Shown: one piece after another, positions 17,271 to 27,605 of the stretch | Layout: each line of letters starts with the position of its first letter | Position numbering within the stretch: the first letter of the stretch is position 1 | Assembly: GCA_035716545.1 (NCBI GenBank) | Contig: DASTJM010000047.1 | Span: 2,868-66,867 of the forward strand | Direction: 5' to 3' | From: Streptosporangiaceae bacterium | GTDB taxonomy: Bacteria; Actinomycetota; Actinomycetes; Streptosporangiales; Streptosporangiaceae | DNA length: 64,000 bases | Position numbers and translations under genes: made by a program | Notes under the pieces: generated by a model | What the model was told of the DNA's origin: nothing | Databases searched by the model: none | What the model saw: the letters and a program-made list of their open reading frames with translations, nothing else

Positions 17271-18782
17271 TTGTCCCCGAATTCCAGCCGCTCCCGGGCG
17301 GCTTCCGGCCACTCGCGTCCGCGCAAAAACAGTGGTCGTCCCGCCGGGCAGCGCAACTCCCGGTCACGAACGCCGATCAGGTATGCCGTGGCCTCCGCCG
17401 AGCGGCAAAACGCGCTAGCACTAGATCAGGCGCTGAAAGCGGCGGTGGAACTGCCGTCGCCCCCGCCCACGACCTTCGCCGCACTCGGCGTGCCCGCGGC
17501 ACTTGTCGCTGAGCTCGCCAGCCGGGGGATCAGCGAGCCTTTCGCGATCCAGTCGCGTGCGATGCCGGACGCGCTGGCCGGACGTGACGTCCTCGGCCGT
17601 GCGCAGACCGGATCGGGCAAGACCCTTGCCTTCGGCCTGCCCATGCTGACACGGCTCAGCGGACTGCGCGACGACTCACGACGCCGAAGCGACAAGGCCC
17701 CGCGTGGCCTCGTTCTGGTACCCACGAGGGAACTTGCCCTGCAGGTAGCCGACGTCCTCGTGCCGCTCGGCCAGGCGCTGGGGACCAGCGTCATGACCGT
17801 GCACGGAGGTGTCGCGCTCGGTCCTCAGATCCACCGGCTGAGCCGGGGGGTCGACGTAGTCGTGGCCACGCCAGGGCGACTGATCGACCTGATGGACAGG
17901 GGCTCCTGCACGCTGGACGAGGTGTCAGTCACCGTACTCGACGAGGCCGACCACATGGCGGATCTCGGCTTCCTGCCCTCGGTGACCCGGATCCTGGACG
18001 CCACGCCCGCCGGTCAGCGGCTGCTCTTCTCGGCCACTCTCGATCGCGGTGTCGCGGGGCTGGTCAGCAGCTATCTCAACGATCCGGCGCTGCACGCGAT
18101 CGCCTCGGCGGTGAACTCGAACAATGCCGAGCATCAGGTCTTCGTAGTGCCTGTGGCGGACAAGCTGGCCATCGCGACTGAGATCGGCACCAGGCAAGGC
18201 CGCACGTTGTTCTTCGTCCGCACCAAGCATGGCGCGGACCGATTGGCCAGGCAGCTGACCGTGGCCGGGGTCGATGCGGCGGCCATTCACGGCAACCTGA
18301 AGCAGAATCAGCGGCTGCGGGCACTTGCCGGTTTCGCCAGCGGCAATCCCAGGGTCCTTGTGGCCACGGACGTCGCCGCGAGGGGCATCCATGTCGAGGA
18401 CGTCGGGCTAGTCGTGCACTACGACCCGCCAGAGGACCACAAGGATTACCTGCACCGCTCTGGCCGGACCGCGCGGGCGGGAGCCAGCGGGACCGTGCTC
18501 ACGCTGGTCGAGCCCGGTCAGGTCAGGGCAATCGGCCGGATGCACGACACGGCTGGCATAACCTCGGTCTGTCACCAGGTCGAGCCAGGGCACATGGCAG
18601 TCAGGGAACTGGCGGGCTCGGGCACTCCCATAGTTCAGGTTGAGATGCCGCCGCGAGTCAGCGTTCAGCCGCGCGGCGGCGCCGGGCGCCGGGCACGCGC
18701 AGCTTCCCGGCCCGTCCGCCACCGCGCTCGTGACGGCGCGCGAGCTAATTCCAGTGGCCGAGCGGCAGCCGGCCGCGGCTGA
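17271..18782 (+). CDS. DEAD-box ATP-dependent RNA helicase
   Basis: Q-motif region FAALGV..PFAIQ, motif I AQTGSGKTLAF, motif II VLDEADHM, SAT, motif VI HRSGRTARAG. It has basic R/S-rich N- and C-terminal tails. The TTG start at 17271 is uncertain. Confidence 0.9.
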   Translation: MSPNSSRSRAASGHSRPRKNSGRPAGQRNSRSRTPIRYAVASAERQNALALDQALKAAVELPSPPPTTFAALGVPAALVAELASRGISEPFAIQSRAMPDALAGRDVLGRAQTGSGKTLAFGLPMLTRLSGLRDDSRRRSDKAPRGLVLVPTRELALQVADVLVPLGQALGTSVMTVHGGVALGPQIHRLSRGVDVVVATPGRLIDLMDRGSCTLDEVSVTVLDEADHMADLGFLPSVTRILDATPAGQRLLFSATLDRGVAGLVSSYLNDPALHAIASAVNSNNAEHQVFVVPVADKLAIATEIGTRQGRTLFFVRTKHGADRLARQLTVAGVDAAAIHGNLKQNQRLRALAGFASGNPRVLVATDVAARGIHVEDVGLVVHYDPPEDHKDYLHRSGRTARAGASGTVLTLVEPGQVRAIGRMHDTAGITSVCHQVEPGHMAVRELAGSGTPIVQVEMPPRVSVQPRGGAGRRARAASRPVRHRARDGARANSSGRAAAGRG

Positions 18783-18901
18783 GGATCGTCATCGGCTACG
18801 CGATCAATGGCCCCGAACGGTGGTGCCGATCACCGTCGCCGCTGTTATCGTAGATAGTCAGTTACGGTCTGCAGCGGGGTAATTACATCAGCTGCGGTCC
18901 C

Positions 18902-19351
18902 ATGCGTGACCCTGCCGGAGAGGATCGCGTTATGGCTGACGTCATGGATCCGCATGGGCGCGGCGAGGCACCGGTGCCCATCCTGGCTGGCGGCGTGGTC
19001 GGCGAGGTAAGCAAGATCACCCAGGGCACGATCCAGCACGACAAAGGGTCGACCTTCGTGTCGACATTCCGGCTTCAGCGGCACGACCCTCCGCCGGGTC
19101 ACGCAGGCTCGGTAACGGTTCAGCTGACAGGAAGCCGGGCTATCGGGTTCGCCGCCGAAGGCGACTGGGTTGAGGTACTGGGCACAGCGAACCGGGAATT
19201 CATCAACGTACGGCGCGCGATCAACCGGACATCCGGCGCCGAGTACCAGAACCCGGAGAGCGGGTTTACCAGCGGGGTGCAGCTAGCGGTCGAGGTACTG
19301 GTCATCGGCTTCATCTTCACGATGGGCATCCTCAGCATCTTCGGCGGATGA
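18902..19351 (+). CDS. hypothetical protein with C-terminal TM anchor
   Basis: Good third-position GC. The C-terminal hydrophobic helix is LAVEVLVIGFIFTMGILSIFGG. No domain recognised. Confidence 0.55.
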   Translation: MRDPAGEDRVMADVMDPHGRGEAPVPILAGGVVGEVSKITQGTIQHDKGSTFVSTFRLQRHDPPPGHAGSVTVQLTGSRAIGFAAEGDWVEVLGTANREFINVRRAINRTSGAEYQNPESGFTSGVQLAVEVLVIGFIFTMGILSIFGG

Positions 19352-19388
19352 AGTCAGCCGACAGCGAGGTGATCGGGTCAGCCCGGGG

Positions 19389-19619
19389 CTAGGTTGCGCT
19401 GGACCGGCCCAGCACCGAGCCATCCTCGGCGACGAGCACATAGAAGGCGCCGGTACCGGCCTCCTGCTCGGCCAGCAAGGCGTTGTGCCGTTCGGCGAAC
19501 TGGTCGTAGAACTCATCGCCCCGGTCAGAGACCGACGCAGCAAAGTACGCGCGGTTCGCCAGCTCGAAGACCAGGACTGGCGGGGCATGACCGGCTCGCA
19601 GGCGCTGCAATTCGGACAC
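19389..19619 (-). pseudogene. N-terminal fragment of a GNAT acetyltransferase
   Basis: MSELQRLRAGHAPPVLVFELANRAYFAASVSDRGDEFYDQFAERHNALLAEQEAGTGAFYVLVAEDGSVLGR matches the usual N-terminus of a GNAT family. It stops (..GRSSAT) before the acetyl-CoA-binding core. Confidence 0.55.
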
Positions 19620-19699
19620 GGCCCGACTCTACCGAGATGGTGCGCTAGGCCACCTGACTTTCCGCGGGCGCCAGCCTGGGTACGTCATAAGATCACCAC

Positions 19700-20542
19700 A
19701 TGAGCATGGCGGAACGCGATGTTTGCCTTGATGACGTCACTCTGCGGATCGCCGAGGCAGGCACCGGCCAGCGTCCGCTGCTGCTGGTACACGGCTTCAC
19801 TGGCGCGAAGGAGGACTTTACCGACTGGCTCGACCAGCTCGCCGCGCTGGGCTGGCACGCGGTCGCGCCTGACCTGCGCGGGCACGGCGGGAGCTCGCAG
19901 CCCGCGCGGGAGTCGGCCTACTCCTTCGAGCTGATGGCCGATGACTGCCTGCGGCTTGCTGACGCCCTCGGGTGGGACAGCTTCGTCTTGCTCGGGCACT
20001 CGATGGGCGGCATGATCGCGCAGTTCATGGCGCTAGCCGCGGCTGACCGCCTGGCCGGGCTCGTCTTGATGGACACCTCGTCAGGGCCGATGGCGAATCT
20101 GGACCCTGATTTGGTCAACGCGGCGGTCACCATCGTGCGGACGGAGGGGATGGATCGCCTCGCCCAGATCCTGGCCGAAGTCGATGGCCCCTTGATTACC
20201 CCGGCCCACCGCCGCCTGCTCGCGGAGCGACCCGGGTACGCGGAGTTCGGAGACCGCAAGCTCCGGGGCGCCTCGCCCGCCATGTACGCGGCCATGGCGC
20301 CGGTGTTCATGACAGTCGAAGACCGGCTTGAAAAATTGACGCCGCTGGTCGCCTCGCTGCCCGTGCTGGTCATCGTCGGCGAGCTCGACCAGCCGTTCAT
20401 CGGTCCCGCGCGGCGAATGACCGCCACCTTGGGGCACGGAACGCTCGCGATCATCTCCGGCGCCGGCCACTGCCCGCAGTTCGAGAACTCCGCCGAATGG
20501 TGGACCGCCCTGACTACCTACCTGGCCGCCCTCCCGGCCTGA
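19700..20542 (+). CDS. alpha/beta hydrolase
   Basis: Oxyanion LLLVHGFTG, nucleophile elbow LLGHSMGG, and a C-terminal GAGHCPQFE histidine motif. Confidence 0.85.
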   Translation: MSMAERDVCLDDVTLRIAEAGTGQRPLLLVHGFTGAKEDFTDWLDQLAALGWHAVAPDLRGHGGSSQPARESAYSFELMADDCLRLADALGWDSFVLLGHSMGGMIAQFMALAAADRLAGLVLMDTSSGPMANLDPDLVNAAVTIVRTEGMDRLAQILAEVDGPLITPAHRRLLAERPGYAEFGDRKLRGASPAMYAAMAPVFMTVEDRLEKLTPLVASLPVLVIVGELDQPFIGPARRMTATLGHGTLAIISGAGHCPQFENSAEWWTALTTYLAALPA

Positions 20543-20569
20543 GCCAGCGGGAGCCCTGCGCGTCAGGCG

Positions 20570-21982
20570 TCAGGCACCGGATGAGGCCGCCGGCTGGATG
20601 TTCTGGTTGATGTGGAAGATGTTGCCGGGGTCGTAGCGGCGCTTGATTTGTGACAGCCGGTCGTAGTTGCCCCGGTAGGATGCCCTGACCCGGTCCTGCC
20701 CCTCGTTCATCAGGAAATTCACGTACGCACCGCCGGCGGACGTCGGGTGGAGTTCCTCCCAGTAGTCCTTGGCCCACTGCGAGATCAAAGGCGCGTTCGC
20801 CGGGTCAGGGTCGACGCCGACGATCACGCCCGCCCAGCCGCCGTCGCGGTAAGCGAAGGCGGTGGCATCGTCCGGCACCCGGCTGGCCGCGCCATCGATG
20901 GGATACAAGTGCATGGTCGAGTGCCCGGTCGGCAACTGCTGGCCGTACTTGCGATGCACATCGATGGCCGCGTCGGAGATCTCGTGGAAGAAGTCCGCCC
21001 GCCAGTACCACTGCAGGCCGCGCGGGTAGAGACCGTCGAACGCGCTCTGCAGCATCGGATAGGGCATCGGCTGCAGGCCGGCGAGCAGTGGCGAGCCGAA
21101 CGTCCTGACCGGCTGCAGGACTTGCCCGGCGCGGTCGTGCGGCCCGGTGTAGCACCAGATGACGGCGCATGACTTGCGGCCCCACAGCTCCTGCGGGAAC
21201 GGCGGTGCGGGCGGGACGGTGAGCAGCGCGACGAAGCCGCTCAGCTCCTCGGGCAGCGCCGGCAGCAGGTCCCGGTACCAGCGCATGACCTCCGCGGTGT
21301 CTTCGATGTCGTACAGCACCGGACCGGCGATGACCACGCCTTGCTCGCCGATGTCGTGGCAGCGGAAATCGAAAGACGTCACGACGCCGAAGTTGCCGCC
21401 ACCGCCGCGCAGCGCCCAGAACAGGTCGCTGAAAGCTTCCTGGCTGGCGGTGACGAAGCTGCCGTCAGCCAGCACGACGTCGGCCGAGATGAGATTGTCG
21501 ACGGTCAGGCCGAACCGCCTGGCCAGGTACCCGACGCCGCCGCCGAGCGTCAGGCCGCCGACGCCGGTGGTCGACAAGATGCCCGACGGAGTCGCCATGC
21601 CGAATACCCCCGTCGCGTGGTCTACATCGCCCCAGGTACAGCCGCCATCAGCTCTGACAGTGTGAGTCTGCGGGCTGACCGTGGTGCTGCGCAGCGGCGA
21701 CAGGTCGATGACCAGGGCGCCATCCCACACCCCGAGACCGCCGGCATTGTGACCGCCGCCCCTGATAGCGATCTCGATGCCGCGCTCGCGGGCGAAGAGC
21801 ACGCAAGCGATGACATCTGCCGTATCACGGCACAGCGCGATGGCCGCCGGCTGCCGTTCGATCATGGCGTTGTAGACCGCGTGCGCATCGTCATACCGGG
21901 GGTCTCCCGGGACGATCAGATCGCCACGCATGCCTGCTGCCAGCTGCTCGAAGTTCACGGTGGCGGTTGATCCGGAAGTCAT
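20570..21982 (-). CDS. FAD-binding oxidoreductase (FAD_binding_4 with a BBE-like C-terminus)
   Basis: Reads IAIRGGGHNAGGLGVWDGALVIDLS and FWALRGGGGNFGVVTSF, with a C-terminal YDRLSQIKRRYDPGNIFHINQNI (BBE-like). Confidence 0.9.
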   Translation of the reverse strand: MTSGSTATVNFEQLAAGMRGDLIVPGDPRYDDAHAVYNAMIERQPAAIALCRDTADVIACVLFARERGIEIAIRGGGHNAGGLGVWDGALVIDLSPLRSTTVSPQTHTVRADGGCTWGDVDHATGVFGMATPSGILSTTGVGGLTLGGGVGYLARRFGLTVDNLISADVVLADGSFVTASQEAFSDLFWALRGGGGNFGVVTSFDFRCHDIGEQGVVIAGPVLYDIEDTAEVMRWYRDLLPALPEELSGFVALLTVPPAPPFPQELWGRKSCAVIWCYTGPHDRAGQVLQPVRTFGSPLLAGLQPMPYPMLQSAFDGLYPRGLQWYWRADFFHEISDAAIDVHRKYGQQLPTGHSTMHLYPIDGAASRVPDDATAFAYRDGGWAGVIVGVDPDPANAPLISQWAKDYWEELHPTSAGGAYVNFLMNEGQDRVRASYRGNYDRLSQIKRRYDPGNIFHINQNIQPAASSGA

Positions 21983-22273
21983 CTGCTCCCCCTTGCCGAG
22001 GCATCATGAACAGCACGCGCTGCACCTGCACCCGTTATGTCCCACTGCTGTGAACCTGGGATGGTGAACCCGTGCAGTGCCGGTGGATCGAGTGCCAGGA
22101 AGCCGCCCGGCCGAATAGGAACGCCATTGAAATGAGTGCAATAAAATACTTAAATAAGTGCAAGGAAACGAGCGCAAGAATCCCCCCCTCCAGCAAGAAT
22201 CCCCCCTCCGCCGGCCGCAATCGCGATAGGATCAGCGGTCATTTCCGACAAGGGTTCATAATTTGGAGTCGCG

Positions 22274-22495
22274 TTGACCTTTTTCGACCTGCTGCCATGC
22301 GCAGCGGGATACGGCGGCACCTCGCACCGCACCGGCCTGGACACCCCACCTGCCCCGGTCGACGCGGACGCTCGCTGCGCTGAGCCAGGCACCAGCGGAA
22401 TCGACGTGCGCGGCTCGGCGCACGCGCCATCGGGCGGGGGCGTGCCGCAAGCCGCGAATCCCGGGCTGGCGAGCCTGCTCGGGGTGGCGCCGTGA
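22274..22495 (+). CDS. possible small upstream ORF coupled to the next gene (uncertain)
   Basis: 73 codons with high third-position GC. Its stop overlaps the next GTG start as GTGA. No domain. It could also be a non-coding leader. Confidence 0.25.
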   Translation: MTFFDLLPCAAGYGGTSHRTGLDTPPAPVDADARCAEPGTSGIDVRGSAHAPSGGGVPQAANPGLASLLGVAP

Positions 22496-23046
22496 GTACG
22501 GTGCCGGCGAGCACAACTCCGGCGGTAGCAAGGGCCAGGCGACTGAGCGATCCTCTGCTGGCGACCGCTGCCATCGTGCTGGCCATCGCGGCGATCGTCG
22601 CGGCGATAGCGATGATGTCCTGGATCAACGCCCGCCGGGCGCCCCGCGCCGCCTACGTCAGGGACCAGGCGCTCGAGGCGGGCGAGCAGGCGGTGCTGAA
22701 CTTCAACACGCTCGATTACCGGCATGTCGCGGCCGGCATGTCGCTATGGGAGCGGTCTTCTACCGGGGCGCTACGGGCTCAGGTCGTCTCGGGGCAGGCG
22801 GGCTTGGAGAAGCAGATCGCCCGGTCCCGGACGATCACCACCGCCCGCGTCCTGGATGCCGCACTGACCAGGCTGAACATGACGGCCGGGACGGCAACGA
22901 TCATCGTCGCCATCCAGATCACCGTTACCACAGCCCATGGTCAGGCGGCGACCAGGCAAAGGCGGCTCAAGGGCTCGCTGACGAGGACGCCGGCCGGCTG
23001 GAAGCTCAGCGTCCTCACCCAGGCCCCGGCGGGCGACAGAACCTAG
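22492..23046 (+). CDS. Mce-associated-type membrane protein
   Basis: An N-terminal TM (LLATAAIVLAIAAIVAAIAMM) is followed by QALEAGEQAVLNFNTLDYRHV...STGALRAQV...GWKLSVL, the usual pattern of actinobacterial Mce-associated membrane proteins. Confidence 0.7.
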   Translation: MSTVPASTTPAVARARRLSDPLLATAAIVLAIAAIVAAIAMMSWINARRAPRAAYVRDQALEAGEQAVLNFNTLDYRHVAAGMSLWERSSTGALRAQVVSGQAGLEKQIARSRTITTARVLDAALTRLNMTAGTATIIVAIQITVTTAHGQAATRQRRLKGSLTRTPAGWKLSVLTQAPAGDRT

Positions 23047-23177
23047 CCCGTGCGCCCGCGTGGCCGTGCCGCCGCAGGCGGGGCCACCCTGTCATTCTGG
23101 TATCAGCGTGGTGCGCCCCCGGCTCGGCAGCGGCCCGCCTACGATGACGCTGGTTCCTCTCCCTGATTGGAGCGGTT

Positions 23178-24479
23178 GTGGCTGAGCAGCGTAGTCGCCC
23201 GCGGGTGACGGGTGCGCGGGCAGTCGGATGGCGGGCAGCGGGGCTGGCCGTGCTCGGCGCTGCGGTCGCGTTCGCGGGCTCGGCGTGCACCTCATCGGCA
23301 TCGGGGCCGGGGCCGTCGAGGCCGTCGGGGAGCGGGTCGTCGGGGGTCGCGCCGTCGCGCGGCGCTGGCGGGGCTGCCGGAGCCACCGCCGAAGCGCCGC
23401 CGCTGACCATCCTGACGCGAGCGCCCGCGGGCGGGAAGAGCGAGATCTTCATCTCGCCGCGCGGAGGGAAGTTCCGGAGCGGTCCGGAGATCGTGACCAA
23501 GGCCGGGAAGGTGCTCTGGTTCCGTCCGCTGCCGGCCGGCCAGGCCGCTACCGATTTTCGCACTCAGACCTATCTCGGCCGCCCGGTGCTCACCTGGTGG
23601 CAGGGGCAGAATTCCGTGCATCCCGCCTTCGGCGCCGACTATGTCTATGACAGCCATTACCGGCAGATCGCCAAGGTCACCCCGGGCAACGGCTGCTCGA
23701 CCGACTTTCACGAGTTCCTGATCACCCCCGGCAACACCGCCCTCATCACCGCGACCAGGACCGCGACGGCCAACCTGACATCGATTGGCGGGCCAGCCAG
23801 GCAGAAGGTCATTGACGGGATCGTGCAGGAGCTCGACATCAGGACGGGCAAGGTGCTGTTCGAGTGGGACAGCGCCGGGCACGTGCCGTACCGCGACAGT
23901 CATGAGCCGCTGCCGAAGTCGGCGACGATGCCGTGGGACTGGTTCCATATCAACGCGGCGCACCTGGACACTGACGGGAACCTGCTCATCAACTCGCGCT
24001 TCACCTGGACGACTTACAAGGTCGACCGGCATACCGGGCGGATCATCTGGGAGCTTGGCGGCAGGCAGAGCACTTTCAGGCTGAGAGCCGGACCGGGACA
24101 GGCGCTCGACAAGGCCGGGAAAATCTTCGCCTACGAGCACGATCCCGAGGCCCTCGGCCACGGGCTCTACACCTTCTTCGACGACGAATCCGCCGATAGC
24201 GGGACCCTGCTGCCTCGCAGTCGCGCCGTAGTGGTGCGAGTCGACCTCGCCCGCAAGATCGCGACGCTGGTGCGGTCGTACGACCAGCCTGAGGGGCTGG
24301 TGGCGACGGCCCAGGGCAGCGCTCAGACGATACCCGGCGGTGACGTCTTCATCGGGTGGGGCATGCTGCCGTACCTCTCTGAGTTCAGCCCGGCCGGGCG
24401 GCTGCTGTTCAACGCAAGGTTCCCGGCCGGGGTCAGCAGTTACCGCGCCTACCTCCTGCCCTGGCCTCCGGCCGGCTAG
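23178..24479 (+). CDS. arylsulfotransferase (ASST)-family beta-propeller lipoprotein
   Basis: Lipobox-like AFAGSAC. ASST-type motifs are TDFHEFLITPGNTALITA, WDWFHINAAHLDTDGNLLINSR and IFAYEHDPE. Confidence 0.78.
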   Translation: MAEQRSRPRVTGARAVGWRAAGLAVLGAAVAFAGSACTSSASGPGPSRPSGSGSSGVAPSRGAGGAAGATAEAPPLTILTRAPAGGKSEIFISPRGGKFRSGPEIVTKAGKVLWFRPLPAGQAATDFRTQTYLGRPVLTWWQGQNSVHPAFGADYVYDSHYRQIAKVTPGNGCSTDFHEFLITPGNTALITATRTATANLTSIGGPARQKVIDGIVQELDIRTGKVLFEWDSAGHVPYRDSHEPLPKSATMPWDWFHINAAHLDTDGNLLINSRFTWTTYKVDRHTGRIIWELGGRQSTFRLRAGPGQALDKAGKIFAYEHDPEALGHGLYTFFDDESADSGTLLPRSRAVVVRVDLARKIATLVRSYDQPEGLVATAQGSAQTIPGGDVFIGWGMLPYLSEFSPAGRLLFNARFPAGVSSYRAYLLPWPPAG

Positions 24480-24582
24480 CTAAGGTCACAGCCAGATGCC
24501 GGGGCGGCGCCCGCTCTGGGGCATCGTGATCAAGAGCGTTTCGCCGCAGGTTGCCGGGACCACGGCCGCTGGCAGCTTGGCT

Positions 24583-25143
24583 TCAGCGGTGACTTGCCGG
24601 GAGCTGAAGCGTGAGAACGTCGCACAGCGGAGCGCCGGCAACGGGTGCCTGCTTTCGGGCAATCCTGCGCCATCCCCAGCTATGACAGGCCTTCTGCGCG
24701 GCCGCGGCGGATGTCACCACGGCCGTCGTGGCGCGCTCTTCACGCCGGCCAGCCAGGATAAGGTCGTGCAGGGCAGATCCGATTCGCTGCCGTCGCCATG
24801 GCGCCCTGACCATGAGGTCGGCCAGGGCGAAAGTGCGGCCGGGATGCTCAGTGGTGACCTCAGCGGACACCGAGGTGGTGAGGTACCGCCACCAGTCAGT
24901 CGAGGGTCGCAGCGGCAGGCCAAGAGCGTAACCCACGAGGTAGTCACCATGCCTGGCCTCCGCCACGACGAAACCAGGCTGCCTGGCCCGCACCGTGAAC
25001 CGGCCGGCGAACTCAGCCGCTTGCTCCGCACCCCAGCCGTACGGCGGATCGCCGTATACCTCCGCGGCGACCGCCACGAACTCCTCGGCTCGTGTTGTGA
25101 CCGCGGCCCTGTCCAGCAGGCGGAATCCGAGAAGGTCGGCCAT
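24583..25143 (-). CDS. GNAT-family N-acetyltransferase
   Basis: Core LADLMVRAPWRRQRIGSALHDLIL (R-x-x-G-x-G/A-type acetyl-CoA loop). 186 aa. Confidence 0.75.
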   Translation of the reverse strand: MADLLGFRLLDRAAVTTRAEEFVAVAAEVYGDPPYGWGAEQAAEFAGRFTVRARQPGFVVAEARHGDYLVGYALGLPLRPSTDWWRYLTTSVSAEVTTEHPGRTFALADLMVRAPWRRQRIGSALHDLILAGRREERATTAVVTSAAAAQKACHSWGWRRIARKQAPVAGAPLCDVLTLQLPASHR

Positions 25144-25218
25144 TTGCCCAGGCTAAGCATGCGGCCCTGCTGGCCCGCGCCCAAGTCCCGGCTCGCCGGC
25201 AAAGACCACCCCTCTGGC

Positions 25219-25767
25219 CTAGCCCAGGTCAATCTCGATAGTGGATCTGATCAGTCGCTCCGCCTGTGCCCACGATGGCGCGTGGACGCCATATCCGGGC
25301 ACGCCGGCTGGCTGCGGGCCGAAGAAGTACTGATACTCCACGGCGCCGCGAATCGCGGCGTGCACCTCGGGATGGTCATCGACGAAGTGCGTAAGGCCGA
25401 GTTGGACGCAGTGCAGCCGCTTGTCGGGGCGCTCGAGACAGAAGCGCACGTGATCGGGCCGTATCCGGCCGCGCCGGTAGAAGTCGTGCGCGTCGAGCCA
25501 GCGAAGCGTCTTCGCCTGGACCGTCGGGCCGCACTTGGAGACCAGCCAGACCTGGCCGCGGAATAGGTCAGCAAGCGCCGCGATTGCTGCGGTCGCTCCC
25601 TCCATTTCCGGTGTGGCGAGCATCGTAGCTTCATCACCTTGGAAGAAGGCGGTGTCGCCACCGTCAGGATGCGAGGACCCGTCGATGATGACGCGGCCGA
25701 TGTCGATGCCGAGCCGGGGCTGGCGTGGTGCTTCCTGGGTCAGCACGGTGGCCTTCGTTGTCAGCAC
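25219..25767 (-). CDS. hypothetical protein, HAD/NT5C-like fold suspected
   Basis: A degenerate motif I (LGIDIGRVIIDG) and a late FVDDHPEV motif resemble deoxyribonucleotidase-type HAD proteins. The assignment is weak. Confidence 0.5.
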   Translation of the reverse strand: MLTTKATVLTQEAPRQPRLGIDIGRVIIDGSSHPDGGDTAFFQGDEATMLATPEMEGATAAIAALADLFRGQVWLVSKCGPTVQAKTLRWLDAHDFYRRGRIRPDHVRFCLERPDKRLHCVQLGLTHFVDDHPEVHAAIRGAVEYQYFFGPQPAGVPGYGVHAPSWAQAERLIRSTIEIDLG

Positions 25768-25926
25768 GTAGCCGTCGTTGCAGCCCGCGCTGACGGACGT
25801 AGCAGGCTCGCGTGCTTCATCATTCGGCTCCTCGTGCGGTTCGGCGGGTGCTTTATGCCATTAGAAGCCCGATCGACGCAATGTCAAGCCCGCGCTGCTG
25901 CTCGTGCGGATCGGGCCGATGCCGCG

Positions 25927-27381
25927 CTATCCGGTGCCCAGCGCTGTGCCCAGGGCGCGAATGGCACGCCGCAGAGCGGTCGCCGACGCATCGGTGATCT
26001 GCCCCTGCGATCGGTACTGGTCGTAGATCTCCAGGAGCTGCCCATATTGCTGGTCACGTTGCTGGGCGTTACCCGCGGCCTGGAACAGCACCTGTTGCAA
26101 CTGATTGAAAAGGCCCTGGCCGGCCTGCTGGGACACCTGGCCATCGGCTACGCCGGCTTGCAGTTCACTGACAAGTACCCCGGCGGCCTTGGCCGACGGC
26201 GGCAGACGCGTAAAACGCCGCGCCGCAGGGGTGCCCTGCCCGGGTTTAGCGGCTAGCGTGTTCCGGTGCGCCGGCTGAACGGCGACGTGGCGGCGCGGAG
26301 ACGCGACGCCGGCCTTGAGGCCGGCGGGCGAACTGGTCAGCAGGACTACCACCAGTGCGGCGAGGGCAGCTATCAAGCTCATCGCCAGGACGGCCTCGGA
26401 TTGCCGCAAGTCGGCCAGGCGCCACGGCGAAACGGCAGCCGCCCGGTCCGGCACGGCCCTGAGCGGCCCGCCGGCCCCGGGCCTAGGCAGCACGGCCGTC
26501 TGGTCACGGGCCAGCACCGAGAGCAGGGCCGCGCGCGCGGCGGCCGCACCGGCCGGGCGGTCAGCCGGATTCTTGGCAAGCAACTGCGCCACGACCTCGT
26601 CGAGCCTCGCGGACAGGCCCGACCGCCGCGCCGATGGCGGGCCGGGGTCGTCGTGTACCTGCCGGTAGGCGACCCCGACCTCGGAGTCGGCGGTGAAAGG
26701 CGGCGCCCCGGCGAGCATCTCGAACAGCACGCAGCCGAGCGAGTAGAGGTCGGCCTGCGGACCGACCGCCTCACCTGATGCTTGCTCCGGCGACAGGTAG
26801 GCGGCGGTGCCGAGTACGGCCTGAGTTCTAGTTGCCCCGGGAACCCGGGTCCTTGCTATTCCGAAATCGAGTACCTTCACCTCGCGGCCGGACAGCACGA
26901 TGTTGGCCGGCTTGATGTCCCGGTGGACCAGGCCCGCGGCATGCGCGGCCTCGAGCGCGTCGCAGACAGCCGCGGCGATGGTGATCGCCTGCCGCACCGG
27001 CAGCGTCACCGCCTCGTCGAGCAGTTGCCGCAACGTCTTGCCTGCCAGCAACTCCATCACGATGTAAGGCGTCGTGTCGTCCGCGCCCCAGTCGAAGACC
27101 GTGACAATCCGCGCGTTGCTCAGCGCGGCTACATTCCTCGCCTCACGCTTGAAGCGCCCCAGGAAGCTGGCGTCGGCGGCATATTCGGAGTTGAGCACCT
27201 TGACGGCCACGTCCCGCCCGAGCACGTCATCGGTCGCGCGCCACACGGTGGCCATGCCACCAGTTCCCAGCACCTCACGCAGGACATACCGGCCGCCGAG
27301 AATCCGCGCGCCAGCCGCCGCCATAGCATCAGTCATACAGCATTCCGGGCCAGATACATGCCTCGCCTGGTATTGGCTCAA
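25927..27381 (-). CDS. Hanks-type Ser/Thr protein kinase with TM segment and Q-rich C-terminal domain
   Basis: Glycine loop LGTGGMATVW, VAVKVL, catalytic HRDIKPANIVL, DFGIAR, APE-like SPEQ. TM helix LAMSLIAALAALVVVLL. Confidence 0.9.
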   Translation of the reverse strand: MSQYQARHVSGPECCMTDAMAAAGARILGGRYVLREVLGTGGMATVWRATDDVLGRDVAVKVLNSEYAADASFLGRFKREARNVAALSNARIVTVFDWGADDTTPYIVMELLAGKTLRQLLDEAVTLPVRQAITIAAAVCDALEAAHAAGLVHRDIKPANIVLSGREVKVLDFGIARTRVPGATRTQAVLGTAAYLSPEQASGEAVGPQADLYSLGCVLFEMLAGAPPFTADSEVGVAYRQVHDDPGPPSARRSGLSARLDEVVAQLLAKNPADRPAGAAAARAALLSVLARDQTAVLPRPGAGGPLRAVPDRAAAVSPWRLADLRQSEAVLAMSLIAALAALVVVLLTSSPAGLKAGVASPRRHVAVQPAHRNTLAAKPGQGTPAARRFTRLPPSAKAAGVLVSELQAGVADGQVSQQAGQGLFNQLQQVLFQAAGNAQQRDQQYGQLLEIYDQYRSQGQITDASATALRRAIRALGTALGTG

Positions 27382-27605
27382 GAAACGGGCTTATAGCCGA
27401 GCTTATGGCAAAGACGATAACGCCAGCGTGGGGACTCGCGGCGAAGCGAGCCAGTTGTGTGGCGTCGGCGGCCATATGGTCCTGGCTCCCGTATTGAACC
27501 GCCACTCGCCGCCAGCGCGGTCACGGTCGCGGACGGTCACGGCCGCCTCGCAGCGCCGAGCACGGCCAGCCGCAGGGCGCGGGCGGTCGCGGCCGCGGGC
27601 CGTTC

